Shown here in pieces: positions 43,331 through 57,659 of a stretch of 64,000 nucleotides of DNA. The first letter of the stretch is position 1. Every line of letters begins with the position of its first letter. The position numbers and the translations under genes are program-made. Source of the DNA: the human T2T-CHM13v2.0 reference genome, Homo sapiens; assembly GCF_009914755.1 (NCBI RefSeq), contig NC_060925.1; one strand, written 5' to 3'. The notes beneath the pieces are model-generated. The model ran no database searches. It was not told where the DNA came from and saw only the letters and a program-made list of their open reading frames with translations.

Positions 43331-44961
43331 CCCACGACTCCCCCTTGTACTATGTGCTGAGCACTTCTATGACTTAATTCATTTAATCCTCACAAGGACC
43401 CTGTGACAGAAAGTACTGTTGTATATGAAGAAGCTGAGGCTCAGAGAGCTTAAACAGGGACTAAGTAGAGGATCTGGGATTCCAAAGCCCACCCTCTTAA
43501 CCACCATGCCACACTGTTAGCTTAAGGAAAACTATTAAGTAAGTATAAGTGGTGTTTGAATATGGTAAAGAACCATGAAGGTGGTCTGCAAACAAGCTTT
43601 GCAAACACGAGAAGTTTGTGAGAGGTACACCCTGGTGCTAAGAAGGCTGTGAAGGTTGAAGGACCTGGGTTAAATCACCCCTTCCACTCACTAGCGGTAT
43701 CACCTTGGCCAAGTGTAAAACCCTCCTTCCTAGGCTGGTGTGAGGAGTCAGGAACTTGAGGCATGCAAAGTACTTGTAATGGTTTCCAGTACACAGGAAG
43801 TGCTTAATAGATGTTAACTAAATGAGATGATGTGTACAAAGCCCAGATGCTCAGCCTGTGAGCTGCAATGGTGGTGCTGGGGGTATAGGGGACTTGAAGC
43901 TACTTGTGTCATGTCCTCTTGCATTCCCCATTGGATTCAGAGGTTGGGGCCAGATCCTGGGGTGCCTCAGATGCCAGGTTAAAGGTTTGGACCCTAATCC
44001 AGTGGCCTTGGAGAAGGCCAGGGATACTTTAGCCTGGGGGTGGTTGCAGTGATCCTTACGTGATAAAATGCTTGTTAAATCTACCAGCTCTGTGCTTCCT
44101 CCCTCGGAGACAAGCAAGGCAGCTTTTCAAGATACCTAGAAGGACAGATGGGGGTGCCAGAGACAGGAGGAAGGGGCCTATAAGGGAACCATTGTTTTCA
44201 TCTCAAGAGACAGCCTGGAGTGGGGCATCCACCTGTGCTGGGGAAGAGGAGAGGCGAGATCAAAGGATGTTTTGCCAATGAAAGGGATAGGATGGGAAGG
44301 AAGACAGGATGGAAAGGGAGGAGAGGTAAGAGTCACAGGGAACAGGGCATTCCAGCTTGCAGAAAGGTGATGGTTCTAGAAAAGAAATGGGCAAGTTAGG
44401 AGAAAGGGCTGGTTTCTTGGGGAAGATAACAAATTTGGTTTTACGTCCTTGGGTATAAAAGTGCACAGCCTTGGAAGGTGGCAGTGGTGAGACAGTGTGT
44501 GGGTGGCAGAACAAGTGAATGGGAAACCAGCCACTCACTGTTGATGGTTTGTTCAGTCATCAAACTTTTACTGAGCCTGCTCTGTGTTAGACCTTATGTT
44601 GAGCATCAGGCAGTACAGAGAAGAATCAGACTGTGGCTCTGCCTTCTGGAGCTCAGAGTCTAGCAAGGGAGACAGACATATAAATGTACAAAGGTGGTGA
44701 TGTGTTAGACTTGTTTTAATAGGAACTGCTCAGGCTACAGTGGGCGCAGAAAATGACAGAAGGCTTCACAGAGGAGGTGACATTGGAGCTGAGTCTTGGG
44801 TGGGTGGCCCAGGAATGCTGGAGGATGGAGCTGCATGAATAAAGGCCTGGGAACATGAATCAACTTGGCCCATTAGGGAGGCAGTTTTGGTATGGCCATG
44901 GCTAAGGGCTGGAGGAGGGATGTAGGAAGAACTGTGACAGGCGGGGTGTTCAGATGAGAAG

Positions 44962-45735
44962 GTATATTCATTACCTATTGCTGCATAAAAAACAACCAAC
45001 AGATCAGGTATGGTGGCTCATGCCTGTAATCCTAGCACTTTGGGAGGCTGAGGCAGGAAGATTGCTTGAGCCCAGGAGTTTCAGACCAACCTGGGCAACA
45101 TAGTGAGACCCTGTCTCTACAAAGAAAGAAAAAGAAAAAAATTAGCCAGGTGTGGTGATGTGCATCTGTAGTTCCAGCTACTTAGGAGGCTGAGGTGGGA
45201 GGATCGCTTGAGGCTGTAGTGAGCTATGATTATGCCACTGCACTCCAGCCTGGGTGACAGAGCAAGACCCTGTCTCTAAACAACAACAAACATGCATTAT
45301 CTCATAGTTTCTGAGGGTCAGGAATCCAGGTGTGGTTTAGCTGGGTTCTTCTGGCTCAGATTTTCCCATGAGGTTGCACTCAAGGTGTGGCCTGGGGCTG
45401 CAGTTTCTTCTGAAGGCTGGACCAGGGAGGGGTCTGCTTTTAAGGTCACTCACGGGGTTGTTGGCAGGACTCTGTCCCTCACCACATGGGCCTCTTGCAT
45501 GTGCAGTGACATTCCCCAGAGTGAGAGAGCCAAGAGAGAATACCAGCAAACACCCAAGACAGAAGCCACAATCTTTTATAACCTAATCCAGAAGTGACAT
45601 CTTGCCACTTCTGCCATATTCTCTGCATTAAAAGCAAGTCACCCAATTCAGCCCATACCCCAGGGGAGGGAATTACACAGGGTGTGAATGCCAGGAGGTG
45701 GGATCATGGGGCCATGTTAGAGGCTGCCTGGCATA
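44962..45735 (-). mobile_element. MLT1 LTR interrupted by an Alu
   Basis: tattgctgcataaaa, gtttctgagggtcaggaatccagg, and ttctgccatattct...aagcaagtcac. Confidence 0.78.
45002..45290 (+). mobile_element. AluJ
   Basis: Sense Alu with a small right-arm deletion. Confidence 0.9.
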
Positions 45736-46254
45736 GGCAGGTTCTCAGAGTCAGAGCTACTCCTTGCAGATGGTGAGGGTGCAAGGTGGGGCAGGGTTAA
45801 GGTGTGCCCAGCCCTGGCTCCCTTCCAGGCTCCCTTCCACTCTCATCTTCCCCTGGACCTGAAAGCCTCCCCAAGGCCTCAGCCCAGCCCAGCCATCCAC
45901 TGAGTGTGAGTGGGGTCCAGTCAGGGTGTGATTAATGAGCTCAGGGAGCCCAGAAGGACACCAGCTGTTGCTGTGGCCTGTGCTGCTGTCACCCAGATGT
46001 GAGGCTGCTGCAGCCCAAGCCCCATAGGCACTGGCCCTGCTGGAGCAGGACGTGCAGGAATGGTGATTCCAGCTCACATCCAAGTAACATTGGCCAAGTG
46101 CTTTCTCGTCCTCTAGCTTAGGGCTTCTCAACCTTTATTGTGGATCAGAGTCACCTGGTTAGTTGGTTAAAGTGCAGGTTTCTGGGTCTGACTCAAACCT
46201 CTCCCCCAGGTCTGGGAATGTGGCTCTGAGATGGGGCCAAGAATCAGCAGGGTT

Positions 46255-46585
46255 TATTTTGTTTTGTTTTTTTGTCTTTTGTTTTTGTTTTGTTTTTTTT
46301 TTTTTGTGACAGGGTCTCACTTTATCACCCAGGCTGGAGCGTAGTGGTGCAGTCTCAACTCACTGCAAGCTCTGCCTCCTGGGTTCAAGCAATTCTTGTG
46401 CCTCAGCCTCCTGAGTAGCTGGGATTACAGGCGTGCACCATCATGCCCAGCTAATTTTTGTATTTTTAGTAGAGATGGGGTTTCACCATGTTGACCAGGC
46501 TGGTCTCGAACTCCTGGACTCAAGTGATCCACCTGCCTTAGCCTCCCTAAAGCTGGGATTACAGGCATGAGCCACCGTGCCCAGC
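46255..46585 (-). mobile_element. AluS inserted in a MER5-type element (~46120-46660)
   Basis: Antisense dimer with flanking gaatcagca duplication. Confidence 0.92.
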
Positions 46586-48719
46586 TGGAATCAGCATTTT
46601 TAAACAAGCAGTCCTGATGATTCTGTACCAGGACCATGAGCTCAGACGCACGATGTGATAACACATGTTTGGCTGGACCAAGCTGGGACCTAAGGCCAAA
46701 GAAAGGACACTAGCCCAGCCCCAACACCACCCCAGGGATTGTCCTCCCTGGGGCAGTGGAACATTAGCAGAATCTCTAAGAGGATGTGCTTTGAAAAGAT
46801 GCATTTAATATTGAGATATAATTTAATAGGAAAACATCCATTGCTTTGTTAATATAAATTAGAGAAAATAAGGCTGGATTAAGTCTTCTTGGCAGATGGA
46901 GAGTGGGGGAGTCCTCAGAGGGAGTGGCCACCATTCCTGGTGTGGGCAGTGATGGTGAACAAAGGCTTACTAGTTCCCAGTGCAGTGAGTGGGCTAAACT
47001 GATTCAATCTGACCAACTTCTCTGGTGCCTACTGTGTACAGGGCACAGCGGGAGAGGGGAGGGGCCTGGGGAAGCCAACCATTCAACATGCATGTTTTGA
47101 GTAACCTCTGTGGGTCATTTAGCCCTCTAACAAATATGCGTTGCATACCTGCTGTGAGCCAGACACATTCCAGGTGCAGGGAGATACGGAAATGAACAAG
47201 ACGGACACATCAGTGCCCTCCCAGAGTTTTTTGTCTGAGTGGGTGGATAGGAGAAGACAGAAGAAAAAGTCAGTGAGCAAATAAATAAACTAGTTGCAGA
47301 ATGTGATGAGTGAAGGGGGAAAGAATTGTGCAACAATAGAGATCAAAAAGTGGCCGTGCTTCAGGAAGGGCTTCCTGGAAGAGGTATCATTGAGCTGATG
47401 GGCCTGAGAAGGCTGTGGGGAAAGCATTCCAGGCAGAGGGTCCCTGAGAAACCCTGACACTCAGGGCTTGGTCTGAAGTGGCTCCTGGGTGAGCAGGGGA
47501 CTCAGACACCCAGGGAACGAGGCAGAGTATGGTGCTGCCACAAATGAGATCCATCCAGGCAAAGTGCTTTGAGAATATGAGGAAAAAGCCATCTTGTATG
47601 ACTGGGTATCTCAGAAGGCTTCAAGGAGGGAGTAGCATTTGAATTAGGCCTTGAAGAGTGAGTAGGATTTGGATGGGTGAAGGTAGGGAGGAAGGGAATT
47701 GTAGGCAGAGAGAACTATACGAATAAAGGCCCCAAGGTGTGACAGTACAAGGCATATTTGATGGGTAGAAAGGGCTTTGCAGTGTATAGGGATTAGGACA
47801 CAATTTTCCCCTATTTATTCACCTGTTCATTTTTTATCGCATGCCTAATCGGGGTCTACACTGGGCATACAGCTGCCAGGTGAGGATTCCTGGGACTTCC
47901 TTTAGAAGAGCCCTGTTCCCTCCCCAACCCCAGTCCCCGCTGGGGCTTCCTGCCAGCAGGTCTGCTGGGAGTGGCAGAAGGTGTCCCTGGAATGCCTTCT
48001 TTGCAGCAGCTGCCCGCACCCAAGTCTGTTTCTCTGACTCTTTCTAGAGTATGATAGGTGTGATTGTGAATGTTCCCCTGCCCCAGTTTCTCCAAGCCTG
48101 CCTGTCTCCAGATCCCTGTTCTCCTTGGTCTCTCCTTACCCACCTCAGTCCCACTTCTGCCTGCCCAGCAGGAACCCCCAACCTAGCCTTCTTTGGGGAC
48201 CTTGCTCTGTTCTCTCCCAGTGGCCAACCCGCATCTGCGAGGGATCTGGAGGCAGTTCCGCAGTGAGCATGATTGCTGCGATGCTATCGGACGTAATGGG
48301 ATTTTTAATATTTAGCTTGGATGGGGAGAGGGGCTGCTAGCCAGCTCGGGGTGGTTGCACGCACATGTTGATTCGCTGGCTCCAGCTCAGACTCCCCAGT
48401 TCCCAGCTGCTGGGTTTCTCCTCCCAGCCTCTCCCTCTTGTCTGCCCTGCCCTGCTGTGCAGCCCCTGCTCTCTCCCCAGCTCATGGCCTCTCCTTGACC
48501 TTGGCTTCAGAGACCTGCTTTCAAACCCCAGCCCTACCTCTCACTAGCTGTGTGACCTTGGGTGAGCCACTGACCCTCTCCCAACCTTTGTTTTCTCATC
48601 TGCAAAACAGAATAAACAGAGGGCTGTTATACAGAGTAAATGAGAAAATACCCAGAAGAGTGTTATAAAAATAAGATTAAGGACTTTTATGAACACTGTC
48701 TTTGCCTGTGAACTTTTTT

Positions 48720-49560
<841 letters not shown>

Positions 49561-52500
49561 TTATTTTCTGTTTCACTCCAGAATCCTGTGCTTCCCAGCC
49601 AAGGGAGGGAGGGGCCAGGGGTCCTTTCTGGGCCTTCAGAGTTGGATCCTCCTTCCCACCCTGCTTTCAGCTCGAGCCCTTCTTACAGAGGCTGGACCAG
49701 TGGCCCAGAAGTGTCTGGGGGAGTCTGCGGGGGTGGGGTGCGGTCAATGGGGTGGGCTCTGGGAGGGAGGCCGCCAGCTGGCAGCCTGTGCTATGCTGAC
49801 TGGGGAAGGGTGTGAGGGTTGGAATGCTGGGTGGGAGGGGAGGCCCAGACCCCCACATAGAAATTCTGCTGCTTCTCTTCAAGGACAGGGTGGAGACACC
49901 CAGTTGAGGGAGAAGGAGGGGGGACAGACAACTCCTGCAGACCCCCAGGCTCAGGCCAGGGCTGAGACCACACAGGCCAGCCTTTTGTGAAGGGAATTAG
50001 ATAGGGACCCTGGCCAATGTACTCAAGTGATTCAGGCCTTTGCTCTTAAAAATAGGAAAAATTCTACACCCTCCCCAACTTCCCCTTTCCTATCCATCCA
50101 TTGGTCCATCCATCCATCCATCCATCCATCCATCTGTCCATGATACATCCATCCATCAGACATCCACTGAAATCATTCAGCTCTTGATTTTTCTTCTTCT
50201 TGGAGGGCTCAGTGATGTCTTCATTGAGGACCAGGAAGCTAACACTTGTTGAGTGTCATGTGCCAGGCATTAGGGGGCCTTGGAAATGGCCATGATGACC
50301 CCTGCCCCCAAGGCCCACCCAGCCTAGAGATGGTGACAGATACATCTACAGACAGTGAAGGTGCAGGGGGACTGGGGTTGTGCTGAGGAAAGCAGAGCAG
50401 GCAGGGAGGGTCTGTGGAAGCTGACGGAGGCACCCAGCCCATCCAGGGGAGCGTCAGCCAGGAACAGGCGGTCAGAGGACGGCCTCCAGGAGGAGGGGCC
50501 ACTGCGGTGGAAGCTGAGCGAGGAGCAAGAGTTAGGCAGGTGAGGAGGAGGTGGAAAGGCCTGGAGGCAGCCAGAGTGCATGCTCCTGGGAAGGGTGGGG
50601 GTCAGTCACCTCAGTCCTCTCTCCTCTCTGAGTCAGCTAAATGGAAGGTTCTGGATCTCAGGACATGAGATGATTCTTTCTCTCTGGTCTTCAAATTCCT
50701 AGTGATCTGGGTAGGAAATATGGGACAATTTGGGCTTCAGAACAGCTCATTCATTTTTCACTCAAATACCACTTCCAGGACACCTGCTGTGTACCAGTTC
50801 CTAGGCCAGGTGTGGGAGCTGCCCAGATGCTGAAGGCCCTCCGTACCGTCCCTCGGGCTGCCAGTCTAGGGCGCAGGAGAGAGCTCTATCCATAACTACA
50901 GACTTGGGGTGCTTAGGAGGGAATGGGGAGAGAGCCAAGAAGGCTTCCTGGAGGAGGAGCCATTTTCCCAGGGCTTTGGAGGATGAGAAGAACCAAGGGC
51001 TGAAAGGGCAATTAGTCCAGGAAAAAAATGGTTGGAAATGGTGGTGGTTTTTTTCTTTTTAAACCCTAGCCTCTTGCTTATCCCCAGACAAGGTGCAGCC
51101 ATCCAGGGAAGAGCAGAAGAAAGGTGTTCTTGGCCAAGGGAGGATGGTGGAAGGGCTGCCAGGGTTTCAGTTCTACTGCCCTCGCAGGCTGAGGGTAGTC
51201 CTGAGAGGCCTGGAGGAGGCCCGAGACAGGGAGGTGAAAGGTGCCACCTGTGTGTCCCGCACTGTGGTATATGCTATGCTTCCATTATCTTATTGAAACT
51301 TCTGTTGGTATTATTAGCTCTATTTTACAAATGATGAGACTGAGGCCCAGAGAGGGTCATCAAGCTGCCCAAGGCCACACAGCCACTAAGTAGCCAAGCT
51401 AGAATTTGAACCTGGCTTTCTGCAGCTTGCTGGGACAACTTATTAACCTGAAGAGATTAATAAGTTGTCCAGATGTACTCACCTTTTATACCTGAATGTA
51501 CTCACCTTTTATACCTGAGGCCCATGTCTTATCCACATGGTCATTGAGTCCCAATCCTGTAGACCCTATGGAGAGTGACCAGCAGGGTGTGATAGAAAGA
51601 ACCTCAGTTTGCTTACCTGGGAAATGGAAACATTACACCCTGGCCTGCCTACCTCCAGATGACGGAGGATCCCCTGAGATGGTGGAAGTGAAAAGAGCTT
51701 GGCAGATAACCGGTTAAGGGGCTCATGTTTAGGACTGTGGGACCTCAAAGGAAAGAGGGGGCTGACCCTACTGGGGTAACCAGGAGGGCTTCTTGGGAGA
51801 GGAGGAGACCCGGGTCTGGGCCTTGAATGACGAGGTGCTTTCCTATCAAGCGATGCAAGGCAGGATGGAACACAGTCCCAGGACGAAGGCTCGGGAATAA
51901 GGAAGCCTCAGGGAAGGAGGCTTCCCCACCCTGGCTGACCTCTGGCCCGAGAGAAAAGCCCCCAGTCTGTCCCACACTGCACATACCAAATGCTCACCCG
52001 GATGGGCCGTTCCTGCCCAGTCACCTCCTTGAATCCTCTCATCAGACTAGGAAACTGAGACTTGGCCAATGTCACACCCCTCTTAGGTGGCAGGGACAGG
52101 TCTATGCCTTTGTGCCTTCCACTTCTGATTTCTTCTGATACAAGCAGTATCCACTGGCCCTCAGTCACCCTACAGGGTTAGATAAGGTCATCCCTATTTC
52201 ACAGAAGAGGAAATTGAGGGGAAAAGTCCAAGATGACCCAGCTAGGAAGAAGTAGGGTTAGAACCCAGGGCATCTGACCCTGGAGCCCTGCACTGTCCTC
52301 TCTCGGCCCCAGACTGGCTCATCTGGACCCTGAAAACACATAGGCTGCCTCCAGATCACTCCAGCAGGACCATAAACAGCTGGGAAGTTCCCCGCCCTCC
52401 AGCCACTGCCTTTTCATCTGGCTGGGCTTTAGAATCTGGCAAGAGAGGCCCGTTGATTGAGGAAGTTTATGCATTTAACAGTTTAAGCCTTTCTAAGCCT

Positions 52501-53579
52501 GTGGTACAACAGGATTTGGGAGCTGTTAACAATTCTGTGTGGTTAAGAGCTTTTCATTGCTCTGCGGCAGCTGGCACAGGCCCCACTGGCCCACTCTGGC
52601 CTCACCCCACCCTGTTTGGGCACCCCCGTCCCTGGGGCCTGTTATCCTCACTCCCCCCACCCTAAGCCCTACACCTCATACCTCACAAGAGGAACCGAGG
52701 CCCAGAGAGGGGAAGAAAGTTACCCAAGGCTGCATGGCAAGTGAGAGACTTAAACCAAGACCTGCCTGAGTCCCTGGAGAGGAGGGAACATTCTATTGTT
52801 AATTCTTTATTGGCAGAACTTGCAGAGCCTCCCTAAAATCAACATCTGTTTGATTCCCTACCAGGGCTCCAAGGCAGGGAGTCGGAGGTGGCTCGCCCAG
52901 GCTCACTCACCTTATCAGGTACATACGGAGCTGAAATCAAAACTCAGGCCTCCTGAAATCCTAATGAGAATTCTTCACGCCATACTGAACTGGTTTCCGT
53001 TTTGTTTTGTTTTGTTTTGTTTTTCCCCCATAGCTTGGTGGGAGAAATGCCATTTGTAATGATAATGTCTTACATATGTACAGTATTTATTTACTTACAC
53101 CCTGCTTTATTCCAGAAAAGATTGGAGGCTGCTTTTGTGTAACATTCGGATTCACTCCATGAGATATTTTGATCTAAATGATACCCACATGAGAGAAGCA
53201 TGGCAAAGGTTATTGGCACCATTCTAGAGACAAGGAAAACTGAGGACACGAGGAGGCATGACTTTCTCAGCGTCCCATATACTTTGTCAGGCAGAAGCCG
53301 GGACTAGAACCCAGCGCTGCAGGCTCCTAGACCTGGCTCTTTCTGGAGCCCCTTGTCATCTCTAAGATGTCCAATCAGATAGCTCCCCCCGCCGGGGGAG
53401 GTTTTCCGGGACCTGTTACCATCCCGCCAACCCATCCACACACTCCTCTTCACACGAGCCACGTGTTCTCAGGTCTGTGAGGAGCTCACACTGAGGCTGG
53501 CCTGCCTCTTCCCACCCAGGGCAGAGACCAAGGTCTCAGGGGAGCCCAGGGGTCTCACTCCTGCTAAGGTGGAAGTGGG

Positions 53580-53798
53580 TGCAACAAGTATTTATTGAGC
53601 ACCTTCTGTGAGCTCAGCACCATCCTAGAACCTGGAAATACAGTGGTGAACAAAACAGACAAAATAGCTGCTCTTTTGGACCCCACACTCCACCTGGGAA
53701 AGACAGGCAGTTGGGGAATACAGTGGGAAATACACAGTATGTCAGGCGGTGATTAGGACGACGGGGAGAAACAAATCAGGGAAGGGGATGGGCTGCGT
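53580..53798 (-). mobile_element. L2 3'-end fragment (inverted near-copy of 55498-55708)
   Basis: caacaagtatttattgagcacc...tggtgaacaaaacagac is an antisense L2 terminus. Confidence 0.85.
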
Positions 53799-54789
53799 AG
53801 CCCCCATGGCTGGGGGGCCAGGGGTTATCCTGCGGGGTGGGCTGGCCTGGGACTGCTGCTCTTGCTGGTATCCTGGGCTTTCTGCTCCTTCCTCGGGCCT
53901 TCCCAGTCTCTTCCCATGGGACCTGGTGGAGGTTGGTTTAAGTTACTGTTTTCATAACGAGGATTTTGTTTTCTGGTCACAGTAACCTGCTTGCCCAATG
54001 AGACAACAGGCCAAGGAGAGGGCTGTGAGTGCACGGCCATTTCCATCTCACTTGCAATCCGTGAGCTTTGTCTCCTGTCCTCTCTGTCCCCCCCATCCCC
54101 CAAACAAAGGGGGCCAAGGCCACAGCTTGCCAGCTTCACAGCTGTAAAAACTGAGGCCCAAGAAGTTAGATGAAATGACTTGTCTGGGGACCGGCACTCA
54201 AACTCAGGGTCTGACGCCTGACTCTGTGCCTCTTGCTGGAATCTACTTGTAAGTAACAGAATAAGAATACCCGGAGGAGGCAGGCACAGGCTCTTATCAA
54301 TTGGGTGCTCACTCTGTGCCAGGCTGCTGCCTTGAGCTTGGTGAACACTCTGCTGAATCCTTACAATCCCCAGAAGCTGGGTACAACTATTGCAGAACAG
54401 GAAGCAGAAGCTCAGAGAGGTTAAATAACCAAGCCAAGGTCACACAGCTAATGGACAGAGGAGCCAGAAGTGAAATCCAAAGCCTGTACTTGTCCTGCTG
54501 GAATATTCGCAGTGTCTCATCATTAGTACATTTTTTTCATGACTGTTATCTCATTGGATTCTCAAGGACTCTAGGAAGTAAAAGGGCTATTGTCCCCATT
54601 CTTCAGATGAGGAAATCTTAGCACGGTGAAGTGACCTGCCCAAGGCTTACTGCTAGAAAGGGTCAGAGCTGGGACTGGAACGGGGGTCACCGGGTTGGTT
54701 TGATTCTGAAGCCCCCTTGCTGCTGACTCCCGTTCCTAGGGCTCATGAACACATTGATATCAGACATTCGTCCCCTTCATTCCACTAAA

Positions 54790-55708
54790 ACAGCTCATCA
54801 TCGAGGCCTCCAGTGATGTCCATGTTGCCAAGTCAGTGGGAGACATGGACGTAATGTCCCAGACCTCATCTTCTTCGACCTGCCAGCAGCATCTGACAAA
54901 GTGACTGCTCCCTCTTCTGGGACCTCACTGGCTCCCAGGGTCCCACCCCCCTCCACCTCTCGCTCTGAGCCCTTTGTGGCTAGTTCCTGTTCATCTCCCG
55001 ACCTCTCCACCTTGAAGGGCCCCAGTGCTGTGTCCTTGGCCTCCTCTTCTCTCTCCCTGATGACTCCACCCAGCCCCACAGCTTCAAATGCCTTCTCTGG
55101 GCTGATCTCTAGCCCAGACCTCTATTCTGAAGTCCAGACTCACTCCACTGTCTCCTGGCCGCCTCCACCCTGCTCCCACCCTGCCTCCTCCAGTCTGGGG
55201 TCCCTAGGATGCTTGGTCTGGCCAGAATCTTTAAGACTCCCCATCCTGCACAGTGCAAAAGCCAAGCTCCTAAAAATGGCTCACAAGGCCCTTCATCATC
55301 TTTCCCTTCTCTCACCTTTCTGACCGGTCTCCTCCCGTTTCCTCCTTCCCTCCCGCTCTCTAGGCACTCTGACCTCCTTCTGCCGGGAATGTTCTTTCCC
55401 TAGATATCCACAGTGGTTGCTCCATCGTCTTCTTCAGGTCTCTGCCCAAATGTCACCTGCTCACTGAGATCCCGCATCACCCAATTTTTATACAGGCACG
55501 CAGCCTGTCCCCTTCCCTAATCACCATCGTCCTAATCACCATCTGACGTACTATGTATTTCCCACTGTGTTCCCCAACTGCCTGTCTTTCCCAGGTGGAG
55601 TGTGGACTCCACCAGAGCAGCTATTTCATCTGTTTTGTTCACCATTGTATTTCCAGGTTCTAGGATGGTGCTGAGCTCACAGAAGGTTCTCAATAAATAC
55701 TTGTTGCA
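54790..55708 (+). mobile_element. L2 (L2a-like) 3' ~0.9 kb
   Basis: ttgccaagtcagtgg, cttcgacctgccagcagcatctgaca, gtctctgcccaaatgtcacct and ctcaataaatacttgttg. Confidence 0.85.
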
Positions 55709-57659
55709 GAGTCCCACCCACCCCAGTCTCAGACATGGACCCTTTCAATCCTGCTGGGAGTAACGCTACTAACCAAGGCCCATGGAGAGGCTGGGGTTCT
55801 TCCTGCCACCTCTGGAGGGCTCCTGAGGGACTGACATGGCCAGGGCGCCCCACAGGTCTGTCTGTGGCTGGGATAGATGTTTCTAAGCACGGATGGAGAC
55901 TCCTTATTCCTGATACTCAGGGTTTCCCTAAGATCTCAAATCCCTCTTGGAGCTAGAGGCCTTAGAGAGCATTTTTCAGTCTTACCCATTTTTTTTTTTT
56001 TAACATAAACCACTATAGTTTCAGCTCCTGCTCCCTTCTTTGCCCTGGCATGACCATGTTCTGAATCTCTGCAGTGTGGTCCTAGACCAGAGGCTGCTGT
56101 GGGACTCGATTCTCTCATAAGGAGCTGGTGGGAGCCCACCGTGTGTCTGGGTCTGTGCAGACCCGGAATTGGAAGTTGCCAGGGGGAGCCTTGCACAGAG
56201 AGAGCTCCCCGCCCTGCCACTAGCCACCCATGAGACTGACTGACTTGGTTACGTCCTTTTCCTGAGCCTCAGTTTCCCTGTTGTTAAATGAGACCAGTAG
56301 TCTCATTTAACAACAGGTTTGAAGGTTTGAAGAGGCTCCGAGGAGTCAAAGGAGCTCAGAAGGCAGGAGCAGGATGAGAAGGGAGGCATTGTCCGGCCGC
56401 AGGATGGATGGTTTCTCAGGGTGGACACCAGCCCAGTGCTGGCAGAGTTTCTAGAAAGCAAGGCAGTATCTACATGTCTAAGGTGGGGGGGACATGGTAA
56501 TGGATGAGCCTTCAGTTTTAAGCAAGTCCGAGCACACAGCAGGTACCTAATATGTGCGTGTGTCACGGCACTGTTTTAACCAGCCAGGGTGCATTGATTG
56601 AATAGTGCAGGAGCAGCTCACAAAGTCAGAATCCCTGGGTACAAATTTGGGTTCTGGGACCCCAGCAGAGCACTTCCCCTCGCTCCTCCCTCCTGTGGAG
56701 CTCAGTGTCACCGTCTGTAGAATGTGCCTAACAGTCCCTGATTCCATTCTACCTGGTCCTTGTGGCACTCCTCGAGAAGCCATCAGGACAGCTGTGACCT
56801 TCTGTGACATGAGGATAAGGACCCTGTGTTGCCTCCCACCACTCCAGACACCCACAAGCAGGAAGGTTTAGCAAAATAGGTAAGAGCCAGCCACCTGGGT
56901 TCAAATACTGGCTCTGACATCTGCTACCTATGTGGCCCTGGACAGGTGACTCACCTACCCAAGCCTTGATCGCCTCATCTCTAAAATGGGTTCAGTAATA
57001 AATGGAATATGACAGAGCAAGTTGTGAAGACTCAAGGAGATAATGAAAAGAAAGTGTCTGCACAGCACCTGACATGAGGTGTGTGGTCAGTAAATGTTTG
57101 CCCTGTTTGACACAGCCTGGCCCCTGCGATCTAAATGCTCGAAGTCATGACCATCCCCTTTTGCAGATGAGGGAACTGGGGTTCAGAGAAGCCAAGTGAC
57201 TTGCTCCAGTCCACACAGCAAGTAAGTGGTTGTCACTGAACACAGGTCGTTTGGTGGAGCAGGAGGTATGACCTGGGTGAGGCTTAGGGGCCATGCAGAG
57301 CTATGTCTGTCGCTGTGTCCCCAGCAAATTTTGGGCCCAGAGCCTCATGGCAGCCTTAGAGAGAAAAGATTCCGCCCTGGGGTCTTTGCAGGCCTGACCT
57401 GGGACCTGTCAGGGTTATACTGGCTCCTTCTAGGAAACCAGCCTCAAGTTCCCAGTTCCCTCCCTTAAAGGCATTGCCATCTGATTAGCAACATTTTAAA
57501 GACCTAAGAGTGGTCACTGGCGTGTCTGTGCTGCCTGGGCAGGCCATGCAGCTTTGAGAGCCCCACATCCGTATCCCTGGCAACCCTGGCCCTGAGCTGC
57601 CCTCCCCCACACCCTGCTGTCAGAGCTGTCTGTCTGTGGGAGCTCCCCGGAGACCCAGG

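Noticed and set aside
51433-51470. shRNA-vector-like hairpin (loop resembles TTCAAGAGA)
   Set aside because: The stem is only 14 bp, the loop differs, and there is no U6/H1 promoter or vector sequence. Treated as a natural repair scar.
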